A stretch of 64,000 nucleotides of DNA from Myxococcales bacterium (GTDB lineage: Bacteria; Myxococcota_A; Polyangia; Polyangiales; JAFGIB01), in contig JASFKR010000003.1 of NCBI GenBank assembly GCA_050118535.1, forward strand, positions 4-64,003, written 5' to 3'. Every line of letters begins with the position of its first letter. Positions within the stretch are counted from its first letter, which is position 1. The position numbers were made by a program, and so were the translations under genes. Under the pieces are notes generated by a model, which was not told where the DNA came from, did no database searches, and saw only the letters and a program-made list of their open reading frames with translations. Positions 20,383 through 29,738 of the stretch are shown here, in pieces.

Positions 20383-20904
20383 TCAGTCCGGCTCCTCGCT
20401 GGGCAGCGCCTCCACCACCTCGCCGCGGATGATCTGCAGCATGCCCTCGGCCTCGGTCGCCACCTCGAACTCCGGCCCCGTCTCCAGGAAGGCTTGCAAG
20501 TGCTCCATGGCGGCCTTGTTGTCACCGCGTGCGAAGTAGGACGCGCCCATCAGAAACAGGGCGTCCGGGTCGTGCTTGTCGCGGGCGAGCACCTGGCGCG
20601 CCATGCGGATGGCCTGGTCGTAGCGGCCCAGCATGCGCAGGGTGTGGCCCGCGTTGACCATCGCGCCCACGTACTCCGGCGCCAGCTCCAGCGCGCGCAC
20701 GTAGGCGGCCAGGGCCTTGGCGTAATTCTCCTGCTCGTAGTGCGCGGTGCCGAGAAAGAAGTACCCGTACTCGTTTTCCGGGTCCTCCTCGACCAGCTGC
20801 TCCAGCACCTGCTGGGCGCCTTCGGGATCCCCCTCGGCCAGGCGCTCGGCGCCCTCCTGCGCCGCCTCCCAGTGTTCCTCGTTGCTCGTCATGGCGTCAA
20901 ACAC
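20383..20904 (-). CDS. TPR-repeat protein
   Basis: 173 aa with TPR-like repeats: [59 protein letters not shown]. The start overlaps the purF stop by 8 nt. Confidence 0.75.
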   Translation of the reverse strand: MFDAMTSNEEHWEAAQEGAERLAEGDPEGAQQVLEQLVEEDPENEYGYFFLGTAHYEQENYAKALAAYVRALELAPEYVGAMVNAGHTLRMLGRYDQAIRMARQVLARDKHDPDALFLMGASYFARGDNKAAMEHLQAFLETGPEFEVATEAEGMLQIIRGEVVEALPSEEPD

Positions 20905-22330
20905 CGATCAGCGCGAGCTGGCGGCGGTGCTGACCCGGGCGCGAGAAGGGGACCGGGTAGTCGCCGCTGAAGCAAGCGTCGCAGTAGCCGTTGCCGCCGA
21001 TGGCGGCGTGCATGCCCTCGATGCTCAGGTAGCCGAGCGTGTCGCAGGTGATGTACTTCGCGATCTCCTCGACCGCGTGGTTGCTCGCGATCAGCTCGCT
21101 GCGCGAGGGCGTGTCGATGCCGTAGAAGCACGGCCAGCGCGTGGGGGGGGCGCTGATGCGCATGTGCACCTCACGCGCGCCGCAGTCGCGCAACATCTTG
21201 ACGATCTTCTGGCTGGTGGTGCCGCGCACGAGCGAGTCGTCCACCACGACCACGCGCTTGCCCGCCAGGGTGTCGCGCACGGGGCTGAGCTTGAGGCGCA
21301 CGCCGAAATGGCGGATCGAGCTCTGGGGCTCGATGAAGGTGCGGCCGACGTAGTGGCTGCGGATCAGGCCCAGCTCGAAGGGTAGTCCCGACTCCTGCGA
21401 GTAGCCCAGGGCCGCCGCCACGCCGCTGTCGGGGACCGGCACCACCACGTCCGCCTCGACGGGGCACTCGCGCGCGAGCGTGCGGCCCAGGCGTTTGCGC
21501 GCCTCGTAGACGCTGATGTCGGCCAGGGTGGAGTCGGGGCGCGCGAAGTAGATGTACTCGAAGATGCACATCTTGCGCTCGGTGTGCTCGAACGGGAAGT
21601 AGCTCTCCAGCCCCGCGGCGTTGACCACGACCATCTCCCCCGGCTCCACGTCGCGCAGATATTCGGCGCCCATCAGGTCGAAGGCGGGCGGCTCGGACGC
21701 GAAGACGTAGGCATCCTTGGTGCGCCCGATCGACAGCGGCCGGAAGCCGTGGGGGTCGCGCACGGCGATCACCTGCTCGGGGGTCAGGAACAGCAGCGAG
21801 AAGGCGCCCCGCACCTGGCGCAGGGCGTCGGCGATGCGGTCCACCGAGGTGGGCTGGTTGGAGCGGGCGATCAGGTGCACCAGCACCTCGCTGTCGTTGG
21901 TCGACTGAAAGATCGACCCCTCGCGCTCCAACCGCGAGCGCAGCTCCTCGTAGTTGGTCAGGTTGCCGTTGTGCGCCACCGCGATGGAGCCCAGGTCGTA
22001 GTCCACCGCCAGGGGCTGGGCGTTCTTGACGTGGGTCTCTCCGGCGGTGGAGTAACGCACGTGCCCGATCGCCTTGGTGCCCTTGAGGCGCTTGAGGCTG
22101 GCCTCCGTGAAGATGTCGCGCACCAGGCCCAGCTCGCGGTGCAGCAGCAGCTGATCCTGGTCGACGGTGGCGATGCCCGCGCTCTCCTGGCCCCGGTGCT
22201 GGAGCGCATGTAGGCCCAGGTAGGTCAGGTTGGACGCTTCTTCCGAGCCATAGACTCCGAACACGCCACACTGGTCGTGGAAGTGATCGTCGTCTAGAAA
22301 CTCGCTCGAGTCGTGCTTGTCGGCGGCCAC
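20897..22330 (-). CDS. purF: Amidophosphoribosyltransferase
   Basis: N-terminal nucleophile CGVFGVYG after a short propeptide. Also [10 protein letters not shown], the PRPP-binding motif [14 protein letters not shown], and C-terminal Fe-S-type cysteines ([11 protein letters not shown]). Confidence 0.95.
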   Translation of the reverse strand: MAADKHDSSEFLDDDHFHDQCGVFGVYGSEEASNLTYLGLHALQHRGQESAGIATVDQDQLLLHRELGLVRDIFTEASLKRLKGTKAIGHVRYSTAGETHVKNAQPLAVDYDLGSIAVAHNGNLTNYEELRSRLEREGSIFQSTNDSEVLVHLIARSNQPTSVDRIADALRQVRGAFSLLFLTPEQVIAVRDPHGFRPLSIGRTKDAYVFASEPPAFDLMGAEYLRDVEPGEMVVVNAAGLESYFPFEHTERKMCIFEYIYFARPDSTLADISVYEARKRLGRTLARECPVEADVVVPVPDSGVAAALGYSQESGLPFELGLIRSHYVGRTFIEPQSSIRHFGVRLKLSPVRDTLAGKRVVVVDDSLVRGTTSQKIVKMLRDCGAREVHMRISAPPTRWPCFYGIDTPSRSELIASNHAVEEIAKYITCDTLGYLSIEGMHAAIGGNGYCDACFSGDYPVPFSRPGQHRRQLALIGV

Positions 22331-22383
22331 GCCGCATCTTTAGCCCCCGTGCCCGCCCCAGTCCACCGGCGATCCCGCTCCCC

Positions 22384-25068
22384 ATGCTGATTCGACCCAT
22401 CGACGCCCTCCTGCCGCGCGCCGCGAGCAGTTTCGGAGGCAAGGCGCGAAACCTGGCGGCCCTGGTGCGCGGCGGCTTTCCCGTGCCGGCGGCATACGCG
22501 GTCAGCGCCGAGGCGGCCGCCGGGGTCCTGGAGCGCGAGCTGCCGCCGGAGCTGCAGCCGGCCCGCCTGCTGGATCGGCGGCCGAGCGCCGTCAGCGATC
22601 TGGCCGAGGCCCGGGAGCGAATCCTCCGCGTGCCCCTGGGCGAGGAGCTGGAAGGGGCCCTGCGTCGCGCCTTCGCGGGCCTGTCGCGGGCCGCCCCCGC
22701 TGGCGTGGCCGTCCGCTCATCGAGCCTGACCGAGGATCTGCTGACGGCCTCGGCGGCCGGGCTGCACGCCTCCACCCTGTGCGTGCGCACCGAGCAGGAG
22801 CTGTTCGACGCGGTGCGGGCCTGCTGGGCCAGCGTGGTCTCCCCGCGGGTGGCCAGCTACGTCGAGGCGATCGGCCTCGAGGGCGCGGTGGGCATGGGCG
22901 TGGTGATGCAGGCCATGGTGCCCGCCGACGCCGGCGGGGTGCTCTTCACCGCCAACCCACTGACCGGCGACGGCGCCGAGATGGTGATCAACGCCTGCTA
23001 CGGGCTGGGCGCCGGCGTCACCGACGGCGACCTCACTCCGGACACCTACCGCGTCGACAAGGCCAGCGGATGGGTGCGCGACCGGGTGATCGGCGACAAG
23101 CGGCTGCGCATCGATCCGGCGCCGCAGGGCGGCGTGACCCGAACGCCCGTGCCCGAGTGGGAGGCGCGCAAACAGGCCCTGGACGATCACCTGCTCGAGC
23201 AGCTGGTGTCCCTCGGGCGGCGCATCGAGGACCACTTCGGCGACCCCCGCGACGTGGAGTTCGCGGTCGTGGGCGACGCCGTGTACGTGCTGCAGGCTCG
23301 GCCGGTCACACTCTCGACGCGGGTGATCGCCCAGCCCACCCGCCAGCGGTCGCGCAAGCGCAAGAAGCCGGGCCCCGACCCGAGCGAGGTGGTGTGGTCG
23401 AACCTGAACGTGGGCGAGGCGCTGCCGGGCGCGGCCAGTCCTCTGACCTGGTCGGTGCTGTCCACGTTCAGCGAGTTGGGCTTCCGCACCGCCTTCGCCG
23501 CGCTGGGCTGCAAGGTTCCGCGTGACGCCACCCTGGTGGGCAACTTCCGGGGCCGCATCTACCTCAACCTGACCGAGCTCACGGCCATCGCCTCGCAGGT
23601 GCCGGGCCTGCGCCCCAGCTCGGTGCTGCCCCTGGGCGGTGGGCTGGAGGCGGAACGCCTGGAGCTGGACGCCTCCTCTCGCACGGGCACCGCGGCCTTC
23701 CTGCTGCGCCTGCCCGCCACGGTCGCGCGCTTCGCCCAGACGAATCTGGGATTCCAGAAACGCGTGGAGATCTTCGAGCGGCGCTTCTCGGCCGAGCGCG
23801 CGCGCATCGAGAGCATGGACCTGCGCATCCTCCCCGGCGCCGCACTGGACGAAACGCTCACCGACGTCCACCAGCTGCTCGACGAGACGGGCAGCATGCT
23901 GCTCACCGGCTACGGCGCGCTGCTGGCCGCGCTGCTGCCCCTGCGCACGGCCCTGCGGCTGTTGAAGGGCGAGTCCGCCTCGCGCGTGCAGCACGCGCTG
24001 CTCGCCGCCCTCGAGGACGTGGAGAGCGCCAACCCCGGCCGCGAGGTGCTGCGCCTGGCGCGCATCTTCGAACGCGACGCGGCGGCGCGAGAGGTCCTGT
24101 TGCGCGACCGCCCCACCCGACCCGACGAGCTGCCCCCGGGCGACGCTCGACGGGCGGTGGAGCGCTTCCTGCAACAATACGGTCACCGCGCCGTGCGCGA
24201 GGCGGAGCTGATGGAGCCGCGCTGGCGCGAGCGCCCCCGGCTGCTCTTCGACACCCTGCGCGTCCACCTGCAGCATACCGGGGCCGAGGCCGAGGCGGTG
24301 CTCGAGCGGCGCCTTTCGGCGGTGCGCGAGGCTGCCGACAACGCGATGGCGTCGCTACCGGCGCCGCTGCGACCCACGCTGGACGCGCTGCTGTCCATCG
24401 TTCGCCACTACCTGCGTCTGCGCGAGCGGCTGCGCTCCCACGTCGTGCACGTGCTGGGCCTGTTCCGGCTGGTGGCCCTGGATGCATCTCGGCGGCTGCA
24501 GGTGCGCGAGCCGGGCATCGGCCCGGACGCGGCGTTTTTCCTGACCCTTCCCGAGCTGCACGGCGTGCTGCGCGGCGAGCACGGCAGCGTGGGCGCGCTG
24601 GTGCGGCTGAGGCGCGCGCAGTTCGAGCGCGATTGCAGCCTGCCCGACCCGCCGGACATTTTCGTGGGCTTTCCGCCACCGCTGGTGCCCGCGGATCGGG
24701 GCGACGGCACGCTGCGCGGTCAGGGCGCCAGCTCCGGGGCCGTCGAGGCGCGGGTGCGTGTGCTGCGCTCGCCCGACGACGTGGAGCAGCTCGCACCCGG
24801 CGAGGTCCTGGTCGTGCCCTCGGCCGACGTGGGCTGGGCTCCGGTCTTCGTGGTCGCCGGCGGGCTCGTGACCGAACGCGGCGGGCCCCTGTCCCACGCG
24901 TGCGTGGTCGCGCGCGAGTACGGGCTGCCCGCGGTGGTGGGCGTGCGCGGGGCGACCGGGGCGCTGCGCACCGGCGACCGCGTCCGCGTGGACGGTGATC
25001 AAGGCACGGTGCGGGTTCTGCCGCCCGAGCCCGACCAAGGCGTGGATCGTGACGGCGCCCATGGCTGA
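22384..25068 (+). CDS. PEP-utilising enzyme family phosphotransferase (PPDK_N ATP-grasp N-domain plus C-terminal mobile His domain; rifampicin-phosphotransferase-like architecture)
   Basis: N-terminus [25 protein letters not shown] and [12 protein letters not shown] (PEP/pyruvate-binding domain). C-terminus [27 protein letters not shown] (swivel phospho-His motif). The central region of about 400 aa is unassigned. Confidence 0.85.
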   Translation: MLIRPIDALLPRAASSFGGKARNLAALVRGGFPVPAAYAVSAEAAAGVLERELPPELQPARLLDRRPSAVSDLAEARERILRVPLGEELEGALRRAFAGLSRAAPAGVAVRSSSLTEDLLTASAAGLHASTLCVRTEQELFDAVRACWASVVSPRVASYVEAIGLEGAVGMGVVMQAMVPADAGGVLFTANPLTGDGAEMVINACYGLGAGVTDGDLTPDTYRVDKASGWVRDRVIGDKRLRIDPAPQGGVTRTPVPEWEARKQALDDHLLEQLVSLGRRIEDHFGDPRDVEFAVVGDAVYVLQARPVTLSTRVIAQPTRQRSRKRKKPGPDPSEVVWSNLNVGEALPGAASPLTWSVLSTFSELGFRTAFAALGCKVPRDATLVGNFRGRIYLNLTELTAIASQVPGLRPSSVLPLGGGLEAERLELDASSRTGTAAFLLRLPATVARFAQTNLGFQKRVEIFERRFSAERARIESMDLRILPGAALDETLTDVHQLLDETGSMLLTGYGALLAALLPLRTALRLLKGESASRVQHALLAALEDVESANPGREVLRLARIFERDAAAREVLLRDRPTRPDELPPGDARRAVERFLQQYGHRAVREAELMEPRWRERPRLLFDTLRVHLQHTGAEAEAVLERRLSAVREAADNAMASLPAPLRPTLDALLSIVRHYLRLRERLRSHVVHVLGLFRLVALDASRRLQVREPGIGPDAAFFLTLPELHGVLRGEHGSVGALVRLRRAQFERDCSLPDPPDIFVGFPPPLVPADRGDGTLRGQGASSGAVEARVRVLRSPDDVEQLAPGEVLVVPSADVGWAPVFVVAGGLVTERGGPLSHACVVAREYGLPAVVGVRGATGALRTGDRVRVDGDQGTVRVLPPEPDQGVDRDGAHG

Positions 25069-25783
25069 CGTGCGCGTCGTGCACCGCGATGGCGCGCTGC
25101 TGGTGCTGGACAAGCCCAGCGGCCTGCCCACCACCGCGCCCGACGACGGGCCGTGCCTGGTGCGCGAGGCCGAGCGCATCGATCCGCGGGCACCGGGCCT
25201 TCACCCCAGCTCGCGCCTGGACGCAGAGGTCACCGGCATGGTCACCTTCGCGCGCACCCGAAGTGCCAACCGCGCGCTGCTGGAGGCGCGGCGGCAGGAT
25301 CGCTACCACCGCGCGTATCTCGCGCTCTGCGCGCACGGCCCCGAGCCCGGCGAGGGCCGCTGGACCTGGCCCATCGCGCTCGACCCGCGTGACCCGCGCC
25401 GCCGCATGGCCCTGGAGCCCCATGCCAAGGGCAAGCGATCGCGGACTGCGAGCACCGACTACCGCGTGCTCGCCGAGACGCCCCACGCCGCGCTGCTGTG
25501 GCTCGAGCCCCGAACCGGGCGCACCCACCAGCTACGTGTCCACGCCGCCAGAGCGGGCCGCCCGCTGCTGGGTGACCGCCACTACGGCGGCAGCGGGCGC
25601 GTCGTGCTGGCCGACGGTCGCGTGCTGTCGGCGAGGCGCACGATGCTGCACTGCGCGAGGCTGCGCCTGCCGGACGTGGCCCGCGGCGGCGAGCTGGACC
25701 TGTGGTGCCCCCCGCCCGAGGACTTCCGCGCCCTGTGGCGGGGCGCCGGGGGCGAGGAGGTGGCGGAGGTACGCTGGGCGTGA
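25061..25783 (+). CDS. RluA-family pseudouridine synthase
   Basis: Start [24 protein letters not shown] at Met23 of track ORF 24995..25783. Catalytic-Asp motif HPSSRLDAEVTGMV, plus RTGRTHQLRVH. Overlaps the upstream stop by 8 nt. Confidence 0.85.
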   Translation: MADVRVVHRDGALLVLDKPSGLPTTAPDDGPCLVREAERIDPRAPGLHPSSRLDAEVTGMVTFARTRSANRALLEARRQDRYHRAYLALCAHGPEPGEGRWTWPIALDPRDPRRRMALEPHAKGKRSRTASTDYRVLAETPHAALLWLEPRTGRTHQLRVHAARAGRPLLGDRHYGGSGRVVLADGRVLSARRTMLHCARLRLPDVARGGELDLWCPPPEDFRALWRGAGGEEVAEVRWA

Positions 25784-25817
25784 CGAACGCACCGGGATCC
25801 CCAGAGCACCGAGGTTG

Positions 25818-25849
25818 TACAAAAACTATCAATATTGGTAGTTTTTGTA
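25818..25849. other. 32-bp AT-rich near-perfect palindrome between convergent gene ends
   Basis: Read directly: tacaaaaactatcaat|attggtagtttttgta. There is one mismatch between the arms. The 11-bp outer arms are tacaaaaacta/tagtttttgta and the inner part caatattg is itself palindromic. The AT-richness stands out sharply from the surrounding GC-rich DNA. Confidence 0.6.
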
Positions 25850-25864
25850 TCGAAGCGCGGCCCT

Positions 25865-25990
25865 CCGAGCTCGGGTCCGAGACCGCGGCCGTGACCGTCA
25901 CCGAGACCGATTCCGAAACCGAGACCGAGGCCGAGTCCGTGTCCGAATCCGATTCCGCGACCGAGCCCGAGTCCGTGTCGGAATCGGATC
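25865..25990 (-). repeat. Orphan hexamer-periodic (NNNNCG on minus strand) tract related to the repeat at 8..235
   Basis: About 21 consecutive hexamers (plus-strand CCGnnn). The reverse complement shares near-identical 17-20-mers with the window start: ggtcgcggaatcggattcgg vs ggtcacggaatcggattcgg, and cggactcggcctcggtc in both. It lies immediately 3' of the stop of CDS 25996..27033, out of frame, with no usable start codon. Confidence 0.7.
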
Positions 25991-25995
25991 CCGGC

Positions 25996-27033
25996 CTACT
26001 CGTCCTCGTCGTCGGTCTCTGCCAGATGCGGAAACGCGCTTCGGATCTCCGCCTCGAGCAACGCGACCAGATCCTCTTCCAGCGACACCATGCCCTCCGT
26101 CAGGCGCTCCACGTTCAGCTGATAGACGAAGACCCTGCCGGCCCTGGGCGTCGCGCCCTTGGGGGAGAGAGCATCGAGCAGCATGGCGGCGCGCGGGTCG
26201 ACGCCCTCGGCCACCACCTCCACGCCGGGCACGTCGGACAGCACCACCAGCGCCCCGTCGAGGACCGGCTTGAGCGAATCGGCGACGCGATCGATGGCGC
26301 GCTGGGTAATGCGCTCGAAGTGCGCGGCCGGCAGGGCCCAGGGCACGCGCGGCAGGAGCAGGTCCAGCTCGCGTGAGCGCAGGAAGGCGACGGTGGCGTC
26401 TTCCTGCGAGCGCGCCACCTCGTGGGTCAAGCCCAGGTAGTAGTGCGCGTCGCCGTTGTCGGGATCGCCCTTGATGGCCCGCTCCAGGCGCGGGCGCGCG
26501 GCGTCGGGCTCGCCCACCTCGAACAGGGCCCGCCCGATCATGAACTCCACGCGCGGGTTCTCCATCTCGCCTTCTGGCAGGGTCCTGAGTACCTTGCGCG
26601 CCTGCTCCCGGTCGCCCTGGTGCATGTAGGCGTCGAACTTGAGCAGCAGCGCGTCGGCCACCTCCTCGTCGTTCTCGGCCCAGTCCAGCGCCTCGTCGAT
26701 CATGTCCAGGGCACCCTGGAAATCGTGCACCGGGTGGATCAGCACCTCGGCCGCGTTGAGCATCGCCTCCACGAAGCTGTCGTCGAGGGCGATCGCCTCG
26801 CGATAGTGCTCGAGTGCCGCGTCCGTGTCCCCGAGCGCCGCGTGGACGTAGCCGAGCAAATTGTGGGCCTCCGGGGATTCGGCGTCCAGCTCCAGGCTCT
26901 TTTCGGCCGATTGCTGGGCGCCCTCGAAATCGCCCCGGCTTACCAGATCCCAACCGCGGTCCAGGTGGGCGGAAAACTGGTCCATGGGCCCCCGATCGGG
27001 GCCGCCGCTGGTGTTTTGATCTCCCTCGGACAT
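25996..27033 (-). CDS. TPR-repeat protein with an acidic C-terminus
   Basis: TPR-like repeats: PEAHNLLGYVHAALGDTDAALEHYREAIALDDSFVEAMLNAAEVL; GDAHYYLGLTHEVA. The C-terminal 100 aa (VVLSDVPG...RVFVYQLNVERL...LLEAEIRSAF) loosely resembles the DUF1025 (possible zinc metallopeptidase) fold without an HExxH motif. That resemblance is from memory and carries low certainty. Confidence 0.75.
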   Translation of the reverse strand: MSEGDQNTSGGPDRGPMDQFSAHLDRGWDLVSRGDFEGAQQSAEKSLELDAESPEAHNLLGYVHAALGDTDAALEHYREAIALDDSFVEAMLNAAEVLIHPVHDFQGALDMIDEALDWAENDEEVADALLLKFDAYMHQGDREQARKVLRTLPEGEMENPRVEFMIGRALFEVGEPDAARPRLERAIKGDPDNGDAHYYLGLTHEVARSQEDATVAFLRSRELDLLLPRVPWALPAAHFERITQRAIDRVADSLKPVLDGALVVLSDVPGVEVVAEGVDPRAAMLLDALSPKGATPRAGRVFVYQLNVERLTEGMVSLEEDLVALLEAEIRSAFPHLAETDDEDE

Positions 27034-27053
27034 GGCTGCCTGGGCGGCAGGCT

Positions 27054-28379
27054 ATGTACGGCATTCTTGGCGACCGGTCCACCGCCGCGCCGCGGCGCCC
27101 GTCCGGGCGGCCCGAAGCGCGCGAAATTGCGGCCCGATGGCGGGAGCGGCCGGTGCGGTGGGCGCCCGAGCGTCGGGCGGTGCGTGATACAACTGCGCCC
27201 GTGGGGAACACGCTCGCCACGCGCTGGGTGTATGGGGTCGCGGCGCTGCTCGCGCTGTGCGCGCTGACGTATCTCCTGCGCGGGGTGCTCACGCCCGTCT
27301 TCTTCGCCTTCCTGCTAGCCTACATGCTCGATCCGGTGGTGGACCGTTTCGAGGCGGCGGGCGTGGCCCGCGCGACCGGGATCGTCGCAGTGCTGGTCGT
27401 GGCCCTGGGGGCGCTGGGGCTGTCCGCGCTGCTCGTGCTGCCCGCCGTGATCGCCGACCTCGCCGCGCTCGTGGCCGAGTTGCCGCGCGCCCTTGGGCGG
27501 CTGATCGAGTTGCTGCAGCCGGTGCTCGCGGAGCGCGGCGTCGAGTTGCCGAGCTCGGGGGCGCAGGCCCTGTCGCGCCTGCAGCAGGACCTGGGCCAGT
27601 GGGCACCGAGCGCCCTGGGGTCGCTGCGGTCCGCTCTCGCGAGCGTGGTGGGGGGCACGGCCAACGTGCTGGGCGCGGCCGCGGGCCTGCTGATGGTGCC
27701 GGTCCTGGCCTTCTACTTGTTGCACGACTTCGATCACGGTGTGGCCGCGGCACGGGAGCTGCTGCCGGCGCGCCGCCGTGACGCGATCGTCGACGTGGTT
27801 GGCGAGGTGGACACGGTGCTCGGCCAGTTCATGCGCGGGCAGGTGACGGTGATGGCCATCCTCGCGGTGCTCTACGCCGCCGGCTACGCGGCGGTGGGTG
27901 TCCCCCTGGCGGTCCCCATCGGCCTGGTGGCCGGCGCGCTGGCCTTCATCCCCTACGTGGGCGGTGCCGTGGCGCTGGGGCTGGCGTTGCTCATGGTGGC
28001 CCTGCACTTCGAGGGGCTGACGCAGGTCATCCTGGTGGTCTCCGTCTACGGGCTGGTGCAGGTGCTCGAGGGCTTCGTGATCACGCCGCGCATCGTGGGG
28101 GACAAGCTCGGGCTGCCGCCGGTGTGGGTGCTCTTCGCGCTGATGGTGGGCGGCGAGCTCTTCGGCTTTCTGGGGGTGATGCTGGCGCTGCCGGCGGCGG
28201 CCGTGTGCAAGGTCTTCGTGCTCCGGGGGCTCGCGCACTATCGTCAGAGCGCGCTGTATCTGGGGCGAGAGCCGGAGCCGGTCGTCGCGGGCCCCCTCGG
28301 CCACCCGGTCTCGCCCCCCAAGCCTGCCCGGTTGCGTTGGCGGCCGCGGCGCGCGACACGGCGCAAGAGGCGCAGATGA
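27054..28379 (+). CDS. AI-2E family transporter (PerM-like permease)
   Basis: Polytopic protein with family-typical segments: LTPVFFAFLLAYMLDPVVDRFE, LGQFMRGQVTVMAILAVLY, FIPYVGGAVALGLALL, VITPRIVGDKLGLPPVWVLFALMVGGELFGFLGVMLALP. The start is uncertain: ATG 27054 or an internal GTG, out of track ORF 26814..28379. Confidence 0.8.
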   Translation: MYGILGDRSTAAPRRPSGRPEAREIAARWRERPVRWAPERRAVRDTTAPVGNTLATRWVYGVAALLALCALTYLLRGVLTPVFFAFLLAYMLDPVVDRFEAAGVARATGIVAVLVVALGALGLSALLVLPAVIADLAALVAELPRALGRLIELLQPVLAERGVELPSSGAQALSRLQQDLGQWAPSALGSLRSALASVVGGTANVLGAAAGLLMVPVLAFYLLHDFDHGVAAARELLPARRRDAIVDVVGEVDTVLGQFMRGQVTVMAILAVLYAAGYAAVGVPLAVPIGLVAGALAFIPYVGGAVALGLALLMVALHFEGLTQVILVVSVYGLVQVLEGFVITPRIVGDKLGLPPVWVLFALMVGGELFGFLGVMLALPAAAVCKVFVLRGLAHYRQSALYLGREPEPVVAGPLGHPVSPPKPARLRWRPRRATRRKRRR

Positions 28380-29668
28380 GGCAGCTCACCGACGACGAGC
28401 TCGAGCGCGCGGTGTCCGCCCTGAAGGCCATGGACGAGGAGGACCGCGCCGGCGCCGAGCGCGTGGCGCGCTTCGTGCACGACGTGGTGCGCCGGCAGGC
28501 AGAGGGCAGGGCGCTGCTTTCGGGCGAGAAATACGTGGCGGCCCGGGCCGAGGAGCACGGGCTGTCGCGTGACCACGCGGGCACGCCCCTGGGCAACGCC
28601 ATCGAGATCCTGGAGCGCGGCCCCGACACCAACCTGCGCTGGGCGCTGATCTCCGCGCTCTACGTGCGTGGCTTCGCGCTGCGTGTCGCCGACGAGGACG
28701 GCCCTTCGCGCCAGGCCGCATGCCAGCGCCTTGTGGAGCAGTGCGACTGGCTCGAGCTGTGCACGCCGCACCGGGCGCTGGGGCTGGTGCCGAAGCTGCT
28801 CGAGGGCGAGCTGGTGACGGAGATCTGCGCGGCCCTGGCCCGCGCGGTGCTGACCGACGACGGGACCCGGACGATCCCCGCGGTGCGGGCCCGAAACGCC
28901 GCGCGCATCTCGGCCTTGGCCGCCGCCGCCGCCGCCGACGCCGACGATGACGCCGCGCGCGAGGCCCTGGAGCGCATCGGGGCGCAGGCCCAGGACCCGT
29001 TCAGCCGAGCGCTCTCCGTGCTGGTGCTGCGGGGGGACGGGGTCGACGCGGAAACGTCGGGCGCCGACGAAGCCGCTGCCGCGGCCGAGGCCGAGGAGTC
29101 GCTCCAGGGGCGCCTGGGACGCTTTCCGGGGGGACCGCTGCGATCGCTGTTGCGATGGCTCACCGGCTGGGCGCTCTTGAGCTGGGCGGTGCGGTTGTTG
29201 ATGGCGATTCTGGGGTTGCGGCGGCGGGCGCAGATCCTCCTGCGGGGCGATGCGGTCACCATCCGACGCGAGCTCGCGCTGCTCGGCCGGCCCCTGAGCA
29301 GCTCCGAGCAGACCGTGCGGCTGTCCGAGCTGCGCTTCGCCCGGCGCGCAGCGCGCTACCCCATGCTCCACCTGCTCGTCGGCGTGACCAGCTTCGCGGT
29401 CGGGATCTTCCTGGGGGCGCTGTTGCTCGCGGACGGCCTGCGGGCCGGCGATTTGACCCTGCTGCTGCTGGCTGCGGGGCTGTGGCTCGGGGGCGCGGGG
29501 CTGGACCTGGCCCTGGACGTGCTGGCCTCCGGGTGGCGGGGCCGGGTGGCCCTGGATCTGGACCTGGGCCGTGGCACCCGCACGCGCGTGTCCGGGGTGG
29601 AGCTGGCGCGGGCCGACCGCTTCCTGCACCGGCTGGCCCAGCGGCTGGCCGTCGAGCCGACCACCTGA
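28376..29668 (+). CDS. Hypothetical membrane protein, translationally coupled to the AI-2E transporter gene
   Basis: ATG 28376 overlaps the upstream TGA (ATGA). The soluble N-terminal 290 aa are Ala/Asp/Glu-rich. C-terminal hydrophobic helices: LLRWLTGWALLSWAVRLLMAILGL; LHLLVGVTSFAVGIFLGALLL; LTLLLLAAGLWLGGAGL. No family recognised. Confidence 0.6.
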   Translation: MRQLTDDELERAVSALKAMDEEDRAGAERVARFVHDVVRRQAEGRALLSGEKYVAARAEEHGLSRDHAGTPLGNAIEILERGPDTNLRWALISALYVRGFALRVADEDGPSRQAACQRLVEQCDWLELCTPHRALGLVPKLLEGELVTEICAALARAVLTDDGTRTIPAVRARNAARISALAAAAAADADDDAAREALERIGAQAQDPFSRALSVLVLRGDGVDAETSGADEAAAAAEAEESLQGRLGRFPGGPLRSLLRWLTGWALLSWAVRLLMAILGLRRRAQILLRGDAVTIRRELALLGRPLSSSEQTVRLSELRFARRAARYPMLHLLVGVTSFAVGIFLGALLLADGLRAGDLTLLLLAAGLWLGGAGLDLALDVLASGWRGRVALDLDLGRGTRTRVSGVELARADRFLHRLAQRLAVEPTT

Positions 29669-29738
29669 AGCTCCGGGCGGCAAGCCGCGCGTCGGCATCG
29701 CAATCCGGCCCCGGGCGGTGGCCATTGGCGGCGAGTCC

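Noticed and set aside
25818-25849. Palindrome considered as a dif (XerC/D) site, a parS site or a classical intrinsic terminator
   Set aside because: The sequence does not resemble the dif or parS (TGTTNCACGTGAAACA) consensus as I recall them. The arm spacing differs from the 11-6-11 layout of dif. The stem is A/T-rich with no flanking U-tract. It is kept as an unexplained element rather than given a name.
22717-25901. ORFs 22717..24276(-), 23903..25528(-), 24355..25179(-), 25089..25841(+), 25242..25901(-)
   Set aside because: They are antisense or off-frame to the PEP-utilising enzyme and rluA-type genes. They are Arg/Ala/Pro-dominated with no motifs.
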